In this document: piece after piece, positions 17,280 to 26,917 of the stretch
Layout of the letters: each line of letters starts with the position of its first letter
Position numbering within the stretch: position 1 is the stretch's first letter
Position numbers and translations under genes: made by a program
DNA from: an uncultured Gammaproteobacteria bacterium
GTDB lineage: Bacteria > Patescibacteriota > Microgenomatia > UBA12405
Direction: 5' to 3'
Assembly (NCBI GenBank): GCA_964609295.1
Contig: CAZSQT010000005.1
Span: 1-41,692 of the forward strand
Length of the DNA: 41,692 nucleotides
The notes under the pieces: generated by a model
Database searches by the model: none
What the model was told of the DNA's origin: nothing
What the model saw: the letters and a program-made list of their open reading frames with translations, nothing else

Positions 17280-17792
17280 ATGAAAGCAGCAAAAAGACCC
17301 GATTGGGATTCATTCTGGTTTACTCTCGCCCTTATGTACTCCACCAGAGGTACCTGTGATAGATTAAGAGTTGCCTGTATTATCGTCAAAAACAAAAGGC
17401 TAGTTGGTGCCGGTTACAACGGCTCCCCTCACGGACAACCTCATTGTGATGATGTCGGCCATCTTATGGTTGATGGTCATTGTGAAAGGACTTTACACAG
17501 TGAAGAAAACGCTATTCTCAATACCGCCAGAGAAGATTTAAGAGATGCCACTGCTTATGTTACCGCTACCCCCTGCTATCGTTGTACCAGACTTTTAATC
17601 AACGCTGGTATCAAAAAAATATATTTCCTTAGTACTTACAAAAACTCCCGTGGTCGCGAAATGATAGAAGAACTTGCTAAAACTTCTGGTGTTGAGCTAA
17701 TCCAAAAAGACTACCAACCCAAAGAATTGATCAACGAAGCTATCACTCGTCTCGAAGGCCCCGGCGGTTCTCTTCATCAAAAAGAAGACTGA
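17280..17792 (+). CDS. dCMP deaminase / ComEB family
   Basis: RPDWD, GYNG, HSEENA and PCYRC zinc motifs. Confidence 0.92.
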   Translation: MKAAKRPDWDSFWFTLALMYSTRGTCDRLRVACIIVKNKRLVGAGYNGSPHGQPHCDDVGHLMVDGHCERTLHSEENAILNTAREDLRDATAYVTATPCYRCTRLLINAGIKKIYFLSTYKNSRGREMIEELAKTSGVELIQKDYQPKELINEAITRLEGPGGSLHQKED

Positions 17793-18598
17793 ATAATCAA
17801 ATCCAATAATTCTGTAAAATTTATTCCAACACACTGAGCTTCTTTTGGTAAAAGTGAATTTGGGGTAAGCCCCGGTATCATATTTATCTCAAGCAAATAA
17901 GGAATATTATTTCTTATAATATAATCCAATCGAGCAAATCCTCGACATCCCATTTCTCTAAAAATCAAAGATGATATTTCCTGTATTTTTTTTGCCACTT
18001 CATCAGGAATCCTTGCCGGCACAATTTCTTTACATTTACCAATTACATATTTGGACTCATAATCAAAAAATCCATTTTTTGGACATATTTCAATTAATGG
18101 CAAAGCCAAAGCATCTTTTATAACCCCACAAGAAACTTCAATTCCTTCAATATATTCTTCCGTAATTACCATGTCATCATATTTTTTAGCGAAATTAATT
18201 GCTTGTGCTAAGTCTTTTATATTTTTTACAATACTCACTCCATAGCTCGAACCACCCTGTGCTGGTTTTACCACACAAGGTATTTCTTTTGTATCCTCTG
18301 CCACCACTACTCCTAATTTTTTAGCAAATTTTTTAAAAGCAATTTTATCCATACCCAATTTACATGCGCTAGAACCACTACCTGTAAATCTAATTCCTTT
18401 GTCTTCAAATTCTCTTTGAATCTGTCCATCTTCACCATACTTACCATGAAGAGCAATAAAGATTATATCGGGATTTTCCTCAATAATTTCATATTTATTT
18501 TTGTCCAAATTTCTAATCACCTCATTACCACTCATAATAGAAACATCGTGCTCCGCTCCCCCACCTCCCATCAAAACCTTTACTCTTATTTTTCCCAT
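17777..18598 (-). CDS. ddl: D-alanine--D-alanine ligase
   Basis: GG..AEHDVS, LHGKYGEDG, VKPAQGGSSYG, FDYESKY, LEINMIPG. ATG 18598 preferred, which removes the overlap with murF. Confidence 0.95.
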   Translation of the reverse strand: MGKIRVKVLMGGGGAEHDVSIMSGNEVIRNLDKNKYEIIEENPDIIFIALHGKYGEDGQIQREFEDKGIRFTGSGSSACKLGMDKIAFKKFAKKLGVVVAEDTKEIPCVVKPAQGGSSYGVSIVKNIKDLAQAINFAKKYDDMVITEEYIEGIEVSCGVIKDALALPLIEICPKNGFFDYESKYVIGKCKEIVPARIPDEVAKKIQEISSLIFREMGCRGFARLDYIIRNNIPYLLEINMIPGLTPNSLLPKEAQCVGINFTELLDLIIQSSF

Positions 18599-18604
18599 TC
18601 TGAT

Positions 18605-18614
18605 ATTATATAAT
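18605..18614. promoter_or_regulatory. palindromic bidirectional -10 element between ddl and murF
   Basis: ATTATATAAT contains TATAAT on both strands, 6 and 5 nt from the two ATGs. Confidence 0.7.
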
Positions 18615-18619
18615 AAGAT

Positions 18620-19738
18620 ATGCAAAAATATCTCGCCACTTTTGTCCTTTCTTACCTCCGCTTCTTTGCTAAACTCCAAATTTTAAAACTAAAATTACTC
18701 AACCCAAAACTAAAAATCATTGGTATTACTGGTTCTGCTGGTAAATCATCTGTCGTTTATGCTCTTGATCATGTTTTAAGCTCAAAATACAAAACCATCA
18801 CCACCAAAAATTACAATTCCGAATCAGGTATCCCCCTAAGCATCTTAAATCTCAAAATCAAAAACTATTCTGCTTTAGATTGGCTTAAAATATTGATACT
18901 AACTCCAATTAAATTTTTAACATCTTGGTCAAAAATTGATTTTATTATTGCCGAAATGGGCATCGATAGCATCAAATCCCCCAAAAATATGGATTATCTC
19001 CTTGGTATCATCAAACCTGATATCGGTATTTTTACTAGTCTTAGTACCGTTCATATGGCCAACTTTGACAACAATATCGACAATATTGGTCACGAAAAAG
19101 CTAAATTGATCAATTCTCTCCCATCATCCGGTCTGGCTATTTTTCCCAAAAATCTCCAAAAATATATCCATACCAAAACCCAAATTATCAATATTCCCTC
19201 AGGTATTCAAACAAAACAAATCGCCAATATTATTGCCAAAAAATTTGATATCTCTCCTAATTTTGACAACTTACCCCTCCCCCCTTCTCGTTGTTCTATT
19301 TTTCAAGGTAAAAATAACACGACCATTGTCGATAGTAGCTACAATTCATCTCTTGTTGCCACCACTGAAATGCTCAAACTCCTAAACACCTATCCATCTC
19401 CCCGCATTGCCATTCTCGGTGATATGAGAGAAATTGGCCAAAAATCAAACGAAGAACACCAAAAACTTTACAAAATTGCCCAAAAATATGCTGATATTAT
19501 TATCGGTGTCGGTCCAGAAACTCAAAAAATATTCAAAACTGCCTATCAATATTGGTGGCAAGTTCCTCTCAATTTTCCCCAAAAATCAACCATTTTAGTC
19601 AAAGGCTCTCAAAATACTATTTATCTAGAAGAACTAGTCAAGTCTTTACTAAAAAACAAATCTGACCACAAATTACTCTGCCGTCAATCTCCCTATTGGC
19701 AAAAAATAAAACAACAATTCCAATCTACCAATTCCTAA
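18620..19738 (+). CDS. murF: UDP-MurNAc-tripeptide--D-Ala-D-Ala ligase (compact)
   Basis: GITGSAGKSS, NYNSESG, DSSYNSS, LGDMREIG, LVKGSQ. Divergent from ddl. Confidence 0.88.
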   Translation: MQKYLATFVLSYLRFFAKLQILKLKLLNPKLKIIGITGSAGKSSVVYALDHVLSSKYKTITTKNYNSESGIPLSILNLKIKNYSALDWLKILILTPIKFLTSWSKIDFIIAEMGIDSIKSPKNMDYLLGIIKPDIGIFTSLSTVHMANFDNNIDNIGHEKAKLINSLPSSGLAIFPKNLQKYIHTKTQIINIPSGIQTKQIANIIAKKFDISPNFDNLPLPPSRCSIFQGKNNTTIVDSSYNSSLVATTEMLKLLNTYPSPRIAILGDMREIGQKSNEEHQKLYKIAQKYADIIIGVGPETQKIFKTAYQYWWQVPLNFPQKSTILVKGSQNTIYLEELVKSLLKNKSDHKLLCRQSPYWQKIKQQFQSTNS

Positions 19739-19766
19739 TTACCAGTTACCAGTTACTAATTACCAA
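19729..19766. repeat. 7-mer tandem repeat (YARTTAC) between convergent stops
   Basis: CAATTCC TAATTAC CAGTTAC CAGTTAC TAATTAC CAA. Confidence 0.8.
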
Positions 19767-20310
19767 CCCCATACTCCTTATCTTTTTTCATTTCCTTTTC
19801 TATCAAGCGCCTCAAAAAAACTGATTTTGGTATCATCTTGTGGTTTGATACCCAATCCAAATAATTCAAAATAGAAGAATTAACAAAAAAATTAAATCTC
19901 AAATCAATCAATTTAGCTGTTTGCTTCAAACTATTATCAATCACCTTCACCATATTACTTTTATTGTACGGTGCCATTATCAACCTGTTGTTATTCATCC
20001 ATTTAAGAAAAACTTGTTTACCTTTGTCCTTATACAAAGCAATTACCGGTTTATTTAATTCCATTGCCTTCACGATAACAAATCCCATTGACATACTATG
20101 TCCTGTCACTTCTACTACTACCACATCAGCCTTTTTAATTTTATCCAAAGCTGTCTTATAGCAAGAATCATAAGAAAAACCTTTTTTAATCCACTTTAAA
20201 ACCGAATCATCAATTAGTTGAGTCTTTTCATTCAATACTCCAAAAATATTCTCAAACAATTGAGTATCTTTCAACACAAACCTAGGTGAAGCCACAAAAT
20301 AAACCTTCAC
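19756..20310 (-). CDS. nucleoside 2-deoxyribosyltransferase-like domain fused to C-terminal RHH
   Basis: MKVYFVAS, ADVVVVEVT.HSMSMG, NKPVIALY. C-terminal RFNFFV...KSVFLRRLI resembles an RHH. Confidence 0.65.
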   Translation of the reverse strand: MKVYFVASPRFVLKDTQLFENIFGVLNEKTQLIDDSVLKWIKKGFSYDSCYKTALDKIKKADVVVVEVTGHSMSMGFVIVKAMELNKPVIALYKDKGKQVFLKWMNNNRLIMAPYNKSNMVKVIDNSLKQTAKLIDLRFNFFVNSSILNYLDWVSNHKMIPKSVFLRRLIEKEMKKDKEYGVGN

Positions 20311-20374
20311 GACTTATTATACTACAAATTACCCATATACAAAAGCCTTTTTAACTGATACAATACCCTTTATA

Positions 20375-20457
20375 ACCGAAGACAGTAGGTACAAACATAA
20401 ATCCTACCGAGGAAATCTTTTTTAATATTGATCCCCTCTTCGGTCGGGGATTTTTTT
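20375..20457 (+). promoter_or_regulatory. ribosomal protein L10 leader with attenuator-like hairpin
   Basis: CCGAAGACAGTAGG..TAA..CCTACCGAGG matches the L10-leader pattern, followed by ATCCCC..GGGGAT+T7. TGnTACAAT upstream at 20356-64. Confidence 0.85.
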
Positions 20458-20465
20458 ATAACACT

Positions 20466-20978
20466 ATGCCTGCAACCAAAAAAATAGAAAAAGTTTCGCA
20501 AGTAGTCGAAAACTTAAAAAAATCAAAATCTGTTGCTTTAGTCCAATATCAAGGTCTTACTGCTAATGATATTGCCGAGCTTAGGGCAAAAATAAAAGAA
20601 ACAGGTGGTTCCATGGAAGTTGTCAAAAACACTCTCATTACCAAAGCTTTAAAAGAAATTGGTATCGATTTACCAGAAATACTAACCGGACCAACCTCTT
20701 TAACTTATTGTTATGACGATGAAGTCGGTCCCCTCAAAGAGATAGACAAAATCAACAAAGCCAAAGAAATCACTAGTTTCAAATACGGTGTTTACGAAGG
20801 TAAACTTCTTCTCCAAGATGAACTTACCTCATTTTTAAATTTACCTTCAAAATCAACTTTGTATGCCCAACTAGTTGGTGGCTTAGTTAATCCTCTTCAG
20901 AGGTTGGTTTATGCCTTCAAATTCAACCAAACTCAACTAGTTTTAACTCTTAAAGCTATTTCAGAAAAACAATCTTAA
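20466..20978 (+). CDS. rplJ: 50S ribosomal protein L10
   Basis: YQGLT, ELR, VVKNTL, LTGPT, LPSK. Confidence 0.96.
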   Translation: MPATKKIEKVSQVVENLKKSKSVALVQYQGLTANDIAELRAKIKETGGSMEVVKNTLITKALKEIGIDLPEILTGPTSLTYCYDDEVGPLKEIDKINKAKEITSFKYGVYEGKLLLQDELTSFLNLPSKSTLYAQLVGGLVNPLQRLVYAFKFNQTQLVLTLKAISEKQS

Positions 20979-20987
20979 CACACTAAG

Positions 20988-21041
20988 GTTGTTCTCCCCT
21001 TTTCAAGGGGAGAAACCCCTCAACAGCGGGGAGAGGGGTTT
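20988..21041. repeat. GC-rich REP-like palindromic element, copy 2
   Basis: Near-identical to 17158-17231 without the insert. Lies between rplJ and rplL. Confidence 0.85.
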
Positions 21042-21079
21042 AAAACAATAAGTTAAAAATTATAAATTAAATAATAACT

Positions 21080-21475
21080 ATGGAAGATAACAAAAAATTA
21101 CAAGCAATTATCGATGATATTGCTAAACTTTCCGTTTTAGAGCTTTCCGAATTAGTCAAAGCTCTCGAAGAAAAATTTGATGTCAAAGCTGTTGCTGCTG
21201 CACCTGCTGCTGCTGCACCTGCTGCTGGTGGCGATGCCACTGCTGGGGCTCCCGCAGAAGAAAAGAGCGAATTTGATGTCACCATCACCAATGCTGGTGC
21301 CAACAAAATTGCTGTCATCAAAGCCGTTCGTGAATTTAAGCCCGAATTAGGACTTAAAGAAGCCAAAGATCTCGTTGACGCTTGCCCTGCTGCCATCGGT
21401 ACTATGAAAAAAGATGCCGCTGCTGAAGCTAAAGCTAAACTAGAAGAAGCTGGCGCTCAAGTGGAGTTAAAGTAA
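21080..21475 (+). CDS. rplL: 50S ribosomal protein L7/L12
   Basis: Ala-rich hinge, [27 protein letters not shown]. Confidence 0.98.
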   Translation: MEDNKKLQAIIDDIAKLSVLELSELVKALEEKFDVKAVAAAPAAAAPAAGGDATAGAPAEEKSEFDVTITNAGANKIAVIKAVREFKPELGLKEAKDLVDACPAAIGTMKKDAAAEAKAKLEEAGAQVELK

Positions 21476-21495
21476 TACTTTAGAACTCGAAAACC

Positions 21496-21521
21496 AAACC
21501 CCCTCGTCAGAGGGGGTTTTT
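21496..21521 (+). terminator. intrinsic terminator after rplL
   Basis: AAACCCCCTC-GTCA-GAGGGGGTTT followed by Ts. Confidence 0.9.
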
Positions 21522-21547
21522 CTATTTACTATGTTAAAATATTCAAT

Positions 21548-22621
21548 ATGCATTATGCCGTAATTATGGCTGGTGGTTCAGGCACTCGCCTTTGGCCCCA
21601 TAGCCGAAAAAACAAACCAAAACAATTCGCAAATTTCACTTCAGACAAAACACTTCTCCAAGAGACATTTAACCGAGTCCAACAATTCCTCCCAGTAAAA
21701 CAAATTTATATCTCTGCCACTCCCGAATACAAAAAAGAAATTCAATCACAATTACCCAAAGTACCAAAAAATAATTATATTATCGAACCTTGTGCTAGAA
21801 ACACCACCGCTGCCCATGGATTTATTGCTATTTCCTTATTAGCCAAAGATCCTAACGCTATTTTTACCACTTTACCATCTGATCATGTTATCCAAAACGA
21901 AAAAGCCTTTGCCAAAGCCAATTTAGCTTGTTTTGCGACTATCGATAAATACCCAGACAAATTAGTTACCTTAGGTATTCACCCAACCGCCCCAGAAACC
22001 GGCCTAGGTTATATCAAAATAGGTTCAGAATTTAACAAAATAAAAGGAGAAAAAGTTTACAATATTGATTCTTTTATCGAAAAACCTGATTTAAAAACCG
22101 CCCGAAAATATGTCTCACAATGGGGTTATCTTTGGAATAGTGCCAATTATTTTTGTCATGCCCAAACACTAATGAATTGGATCAAGCAATACCGACCTCA
22201 AACCCATTCAACTTTAATCAAAATAGATAATATAATCAAAAAAGATAACTGTTTTAAAAAAATAACCAAATTATACGAAACTATCGAAAAAGAACAATTA
22301 GCCGATTCTGTTGTCAAACAACCAGATATGAAAGCTCTTGTAATTCCAGTTGACTTAGGTTGGAGCGATATTGGTAACTGGGGAGCTCTTTATCAACTTT
22401 TGTCCAAAAGAGACAAAAATGACATGATTATCAAAGGCAAACATCTTGATCATCAAAGCAAAAACTGTCTTGTATTTAATACTGGACAAAAATTAGTCGC
22501 TACTTTAGGTCTAAAAGATATAATAATTGTAGAAACCCCTGATGCTATTTTAGTAACTACTACCAAAAAAGCCCAAGAAATCAAAGAACTATACAACAAA
22601 TTAGACCCAAAATACCAATAA
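21548..22621 (+). CDS. manC: mannose-1-phosphate guanylyltransferase (no cupin domain)
   Basis: MAGGSGTRLWP..KPKQF, EPCARNT, PSDH, FIEKPD, WSDIGNW. Confidence 0.93.
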   Translation: MHYAVIMAGGSGTRLWPHSRKNKPKQFANFTSDKTLLQETFNRVQQFLPVKQIYISATPEYKKEIQSQLPKVPKNNYIIEPCARNTTAAHGFIAISLLAKDPNAIFTTLPSDHVIQNEKAFAKANLACFATIDKYPDKLVTLGIHPTAPETGLGYIKIGSEFNKIKGEKVYNIDSFIEKPDLKTARKYVSQWGYLWNSANYFCHAQTLMNWIKQYRPQTHSTLIKIDNIIKKDNCFKKITKLYETIEKEQLADSVVKQPDMKALVIPVDLGWSDIGNWGALYQLLSKRDKNDMIIKGKHLDHQSKNCLVFNTGQKLVATLGLKDIIIVETPDAILVTTTKKAQEIKELYNKLDPKYQ

Positions 22622-22631
22622 TATCCAAAAA

Positions 22632-23582
22632 TTATTCTTGCATTAAAGGTATTTTACTAGAATCAAGGTTATCTACAATTTCTTTAATTCCCTCTTCCAA
22701 AGACACCGAAGGTTTATATCCCAATTCACCAGATATTTTATCTATTCCCGCTAACTGTGTTTTAATATAACCAGATTTAATTGGATTCTCAATCAATTGT
22801 GGCGGAATATTTAAATTCATTGCTTTATTAATTTTAGCCACCAAATCAACCAAGCTCACGGCTGTAGCTGTCCCTATATTAAAAACATTAAAACCATATC
22901 TCTTTTCAGACATCATCGCCAATTCAATTCCTTGAACAATATCTTTCACATTTGTAAAATCTCTTTCTTGAGTCCCATCACCATACAAAATTGCTGGTCT
23001 ACCACAAGCCATTTCCCAAATAAATTGAGATAAAACATTAGCAAACTTCTTTTTGTGACCTTCATTCAAACCATAAACACTCATAAATCTAAAAGCAATT
23101 ATTTCCATATTGTACTTCTTAGAATAAACAATAGAAGTCTCTTCCATCGAATGCTTGGTTACCGAATAAAAATTTGGAGGTACTACAAATTGATCTTCCG
23201 TCAAAGGAGTAGGATTATTCCCATAAATAGAACTCGTCGATGCAAACAAAACTTTTTTAGCTCCTATATCTCTGGCAAAATTCAAAACATCCAAATGCCC
23301 CAAAATATTATTATCCATTGCCCCTCTCAAATCATCTTCAAACATTGGCGCTGATGATGAACCAGACAAATTTACAATATAGTCAAAATCTTTACCTGCT
23401 TCCTCTAATTTAGCTCTATCTTGAACTGCTCCTTCCACAAATTTAACATTACTATTCAAATTTTCTTTCCAACCCAAATATAAATTATCAAATGCCGTTA
23501 CATCATGTCCCTTGGCTGCCATTATATTACAAAGGTTACTCCCTATAAAACCTGCTCCTCCACATACTAATATTTTAGACAT
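22632..23582 (-). CDS. NAD-dependent nucleotide-sugar epimerase/dehydratase
   Basis: GGAGFIG, ASTSSIYG, YxxxK (YSVTK), GDGTQERDF. Confidence 0.92.
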   Translation of the reverse strand: MSKILVCGGAGFIGSNLCNIMAAKGHDVTAFDNLYLGWKENLNSNVKFVEGAVQDRAKLEEAGKDFDYIVNLSGSSSAPMFEDDLRGAMDNNILGHLDVLNFARDIGAKKVLFASTSSIYGNNPTPLTEDQFVVPPNFYSVTKHSMEETSIVYSKKYNMEIIAFRFMSVYGLNEGHKKKFANVLSQFIWEMACGRPAILYGDGTQERDFTNVKDIVQGIELAMMSEKRYGFNVFNIGTATAVSLVDLVAKINKAMNLNIPPQLIENPIKSGYIKTQLAGIDKISGELGYKPSVSLEEGIKEIVDNLDSSKIPLMQE

Positions 23583-23741
23583 ATTGTATCTCCTTAATTA
23601 CTTTAAAAAATAATAGTTAAGTCTTTCAGTATATCATAGGCAAAAATCATTTTCTAGATAATCTATCTATTGACACACTAGTATCGTTTATGTTTTACTG
23701 ATTATAGTTATTATTTACTTTGATATTAGAGGAGCCATTAT

Positions 23742-23999
23742 ATGGATATTCAAAACCTATCACAAGATAACCCTGTGATACAAAAAAATACTAGTAAAAA
23801 GGTCAACGGAGTTTCCATCGACAATCTCCCCGATCTTCTCACGGTCGCCGAAGTTGCTGACCTTTTAAGAGTTTCCAAGCTAACCATCAAAAGATGGGGT
23901 AAAAGAGGAAAACTTCCAGCAATTCGCATTAACGCCCGCGGAGACAGACGATACCGCAAAGAAGCAGTTCTTTGGTTACTGGGAATTCAAGCCGAATAA
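23742..23999 (+). CDS. excisionase-type helix-turn-helix (HTH_17/MerR-like) DNA-binding protein
   Basis: LLTVAEVADLLRVSKLTIKRW..G..RRY. AGGAG SD and TTGACA at 23670. Confidence 0.85.
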   Translation: MDIQNLSQDNPVIQKNTSKKVNGVSIDNLPDLLTVAEVADLLRVSKLTIKRWGKRGKLPAIRINARGDRRYRKEAVLWLLGIQAE

Positions 24000-24000
24000 A

Positions 24001-24918
24001 TTAAATTAAAATCCTGCCCTTGGGTGTTCTTTTAATCAAGCCTTTTTTAATCAAATATGGTTCATAAACTTCTGTAATTGTCCCCACATCTTCATTTAAA
24101 GTCGCTGCCAAATTTTCAATCCCTACTGGACCACCATTATATATTTTTTTGATAGTATCTAAATACTTTCTATCTGCATCATTTAAACCTAGGCTATCAA
24201 CCCCCAACATTTTTAATGCTTCCTCTGTTTCTCTCTCTGTGATCAAACCATCGTTGTTAACTTGAGCATAATCCCTCACTCGCTTGAGTAACCTAATTGC
24301 CACCCTTGGAGTCCCCCTTGATCGTCTAGCAATTTCATCTGCTGCTCCCTTCTCTGTCTTTACCTCCAGCAATTCAGACATTCTTTCTACTATTTCACTC
24401 AAAGCCTCATCGTCATAAAAATCTAATTGCTGAACATAACCAAATCTATCTCTCATCGGACCACCAACCAAGCCTATTCTCGTTGTCGCCCCAATTACTG
24501 TAAATTTTTGTAAATTCAACCTTACTGTTTTTGCTCCCGGACCTTTACCTAACACGATATCCAAAGCACAATCCTCCATCACACTATAAAGAGTTTCCTC
24601 TACCGCCTTGTTTAATCTATGTATCTCATCAATAAACAACATATCTCCCTTTTTTAAAGCCGTCAAAATTGATGCTAAATCCCCCACTCTAGTTAACGCC
24701 GGACCTGAAGTAATTTTTATGTTAGAGCTCATCTCCTTGGCCAAAAGAAAAGCTAAAGTTGTTTTACCCAAACCAGGTGGACCATAAAACAAAATATGAT
24801 CCAATGGCTCACTTCTCTCTTTGGCTGCCCTCAAAAAAATATCCAATTGTTTTTTTAATTTATCTTGACCAATAAATTCAGATAAATTTTGAGGTCTTAA
24901 AGATTTTTTAGACACCAT
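24001..24918 (-). CDS. ruvB: Holliday junction helicase RuvB
   Basis: LRPQ..FIGQ, GPPGLGKTT, FIDEIHRL, GATTR, EPYL..RTPKGR. Confidence 0.97.
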   Translation of the reverse strand: MVSKKSLRPQNLSEFIGQDKLKKQLDIFLRAAKERSEPLDHILFYGPPGLGKTTLAFLLAKEMSSNIKITSGPALTRVGDLASILTALKKGDMLFIDEIHRLNKAVEETLYSVMEDCALDIVLGKGPGAKTVRLNLQKFTVIGATTRIGLVGGPMRDRFGYVQQLDFYDDEALSEIVERMSELLEVKTEKGAADEIARRSRGTPRVAIRLLKRVRDYAQVNNDGLITERETEEALKMLGVDSLGLNDADRKYLDTIKKIYNGGPVGIENLAATLNEDVGTITEVYEPYLIKKGLIKRTPKGRILI

Positions 24919-25466
24919 GCCAATTGCTCCTCAATAATTATTATTTCTTTCGGTAACTTAGACATTATTTTTTCAATTTCCCGCCTTTCAAAACCCAATT
25001 GTTTCAAGCTCAAATACAAATCATCCTCTTTATCAATTTCCTCTTGATTCAAATCCAAATCTTTAATTCCACCAACCTTAGATTTCAAATCGATAATAAT
25101 CCTTTGAGCTGTCTTTTTGCCTAAACCTTTAATTTTTTCAAAAAATTTTACATCAGCATTACCAATTGCTTTAATTACCAAATCACTTTCAGTTTTACTC
25201 AAAATCTGAGCTCCCGTTTTGGGACCCACACCAGAAACAGAAATAAGCATTTTAAACAATTTAACTTCCTCAAAACTTTCAAATCCAAAAAGAGAAATAT
25301 CATTTTCCGAAACTGATTGGTAAGTATACAATTCAATTTCTTGCTCAATCATTAACTTGCTAAGTAGTTTATCCCCTGTATTGACCAAATAACCTATTCC
25401 ACCAACTTCCAAAATAATTTGATTGGCCAAAATATTTTTAACCATACCACAAAGACTTGCTATCAT
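24897..25466 (-). CDS. ruvA: Holliday junction branch migration protein RuvA
   Basis: MIASLCG, GGIGY, VSGVGPK, GLGKKTA. ATG 25466 preferred. Confidence 0.95.
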   Translation of the reverse strand: MIASLCGMVKNILANQIILEVGGIGYLVNTGDKLLSKLMIEQEIELYTYQSVSENDISLFGFESFEEVKLFKMLISVSGVGPKTGAQILSKTESDLVIKAIGNADVKFFEKIKGLGKKTAQRIIIDLKSKVGGIKDLDLNQEEIDKEDDLYLSLKQLGFERREIEKIMSKLPKEIIIIEEQLAWCLKNL

Positions 25467-25490
25467 TCCCAAATTATACACGAAACAATA

Positions 25491-25961
25491 TCATGATACA
25501 AAGGAGTTAAGCCTCCTATGACTCAAATGAGTCAAAGCTACTGCTACCGCATCCGAAGCATGGCTTGGACTTATCTTTTTTTTGCGATTCAAAATATTTT
25601 TTACCATCAATTCTACCTGTGATTTGTCAGCCCTACCATAACCAGTCAGAGACATTTTGATCTTTAAAGGGCTATACTCAAAAACCTTAATTTTATATAA
25701 ATAAGCCAAAGTCTTAATCATTCCAATCGCCTCCGCCACCCTACTAGCCGATTTTTCATTTTTAGCAAAATACAAAGATTCAATTGCTACTTCTTTAACT
25801 TTAAATTTTTTAATCAACTTATCCAAGCTCTCATATATTTGACCCAATCTATCATCACTTTTTACCTGAGTAACAATACAACCCACCTCTATTAACTTTT
25901 CTTCTTCACTTAGTATCGCAAAACCAGTATTGGCCAACCCAGGATCAATTCCTAATATCAT
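25491..25961 (-). CDS. ruvC: Holliday junction resolvase RuvC
   Basis: ILGIDPG, AIESLYF, TGYGRADK, SDAVAVA. ATG 25961 preferred. Confidence 0.95.
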   Translation of the reverse strand: MILGIDPGLANTGFAILSEEEKLIEVGCIVTQVKSDDRLGQIYESLDKLIKKFKVKEVAIESLYFAKNEKSASRVAEAIGMIKTLAYLYKIKVFEYSPLKIKMSLTGYGRADKSQVELMVKNILNRKKKISPSHASDAVAVALTHLSHRRLNSFVS

Positions 25962-26119
25962 AAACAATTCTACCCCATTTTTCAAAAGATTCCTATCTAT
26001 AATTTTTTATAAGATAAACTATATTTTATACACTTTTCCACAATTTTCCCTATAATATATTTATACAAAACCAAAATAAAAATTATAAGACAATAGTCGA
26101 CTTGTGCTATTATTAATTA

Positions 26120-26917
26120 ATGAATTATCAAAAAAACAAAATATTAGCCCCTTTCACCACCGTCAAAATAGGTGGTCCGGCTGAATTTTTTATCGTTGCC
26201 AATTCAAAGCATCAATTACAGCAGATATTAGACGATATTCCCACAAATAAGGGCAAAAAAATCACTATTTTGGGTAATGGCTCCAATATTCTTATCTCAG
26301 ACAAAGGAATTAAAGGTTTTTGTATCAAAAATAATAGTTCAGATATAAAACTCCTACCCAACAATCAAATTGAAGTAGATTCTGGTGTTCAACTTTCAAG
26401 ATTAATTGACTTTTCACTACAACACCACCTTACTGGATTAGAAACTTTTGCCTATATTCCCTCCACTGTTGGTGGTGCTATTGCCGGAAACATCCATGGA
26501 ACCCAAAAAACATTTGATCAATTTGTCACCAAAATTCAATACCATCCTCTCCACACTAATATTATTCTTTCCGCCATTATTCAATTACAAACAGGAGATA
26601 GCCAACAAGCCCAGCAAACAAAAGAAAAAATAATCAACCACAAAAAACAAACCCAACCAACTAATTCTCTCGGTTGTATTTTCAAAAATCCTTCTCCCGA
26701 CAAACCAGCCGGCTATATTATCGACCAACTTTTAAAACTCAAAGGTCATCGTTTAGGTGATGCTCAAATATCCGAAAAACACGCTAATTTTATCGTTAAT
26801 AATGGAAAAGCCACTGCCAAGGACTACTACGCCCTGATTACTCTCATCCAAAACAAAGCAAAAAAAGAATTAAACATCAACCTCGAGCTTGAAATAAAAC
26901 TTTTAGGAAAAATTTAG
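26120..26917 (+). CDS. murB: UDP-N-acetylmuramate dehydrogenase (compact)
   Basis: KIGGPA, LGNGSNIL, GCIFKNP, SEKHANFIVN, LELE. Confidence 0.94.
   Translation: MNYQKNKILAPFTTVKIGGPAEFFIVANSKHQLQQILDDIPTNKGKKITILGNGSNILISDKGIKGFCIKNNSSDIKLLPNNQIEVDSGVQLSRLIDFSLQHHLTGLETFAYIPSTVGGAIAGNIHGTQKTFDQFVTKIQYHPLHTNIILSAIIQLQTGDSQQAQQTKEKIINHKKQTQPTNSLGCIFKNPSPDKPAGYIIDQLLKLKGHRLGDAQISEKHANFIVNNGKATAKDYYALITLIQNKAKKELNINLELEIKLLGKI

Noticed and set aside
17159-17359. 66-aa ORF
   Set aside because: It translates the REP-like palindrome and overlaps the dCMP deaminase out of frame.
23742-23999. Prophage or ICE suggested by the excisionase-like HTH
   Set aside because: No integrase or phage genes, and it is flanked by housekeeping genes.
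26026-26069. Replication origin (DnaA boxes TTTTCCACA at 26034-42 plus near matches)
   Set aside because: One perfect box in AT-rich DNA, no dnaA/dnaN nearby, and C>G skew does not switch.
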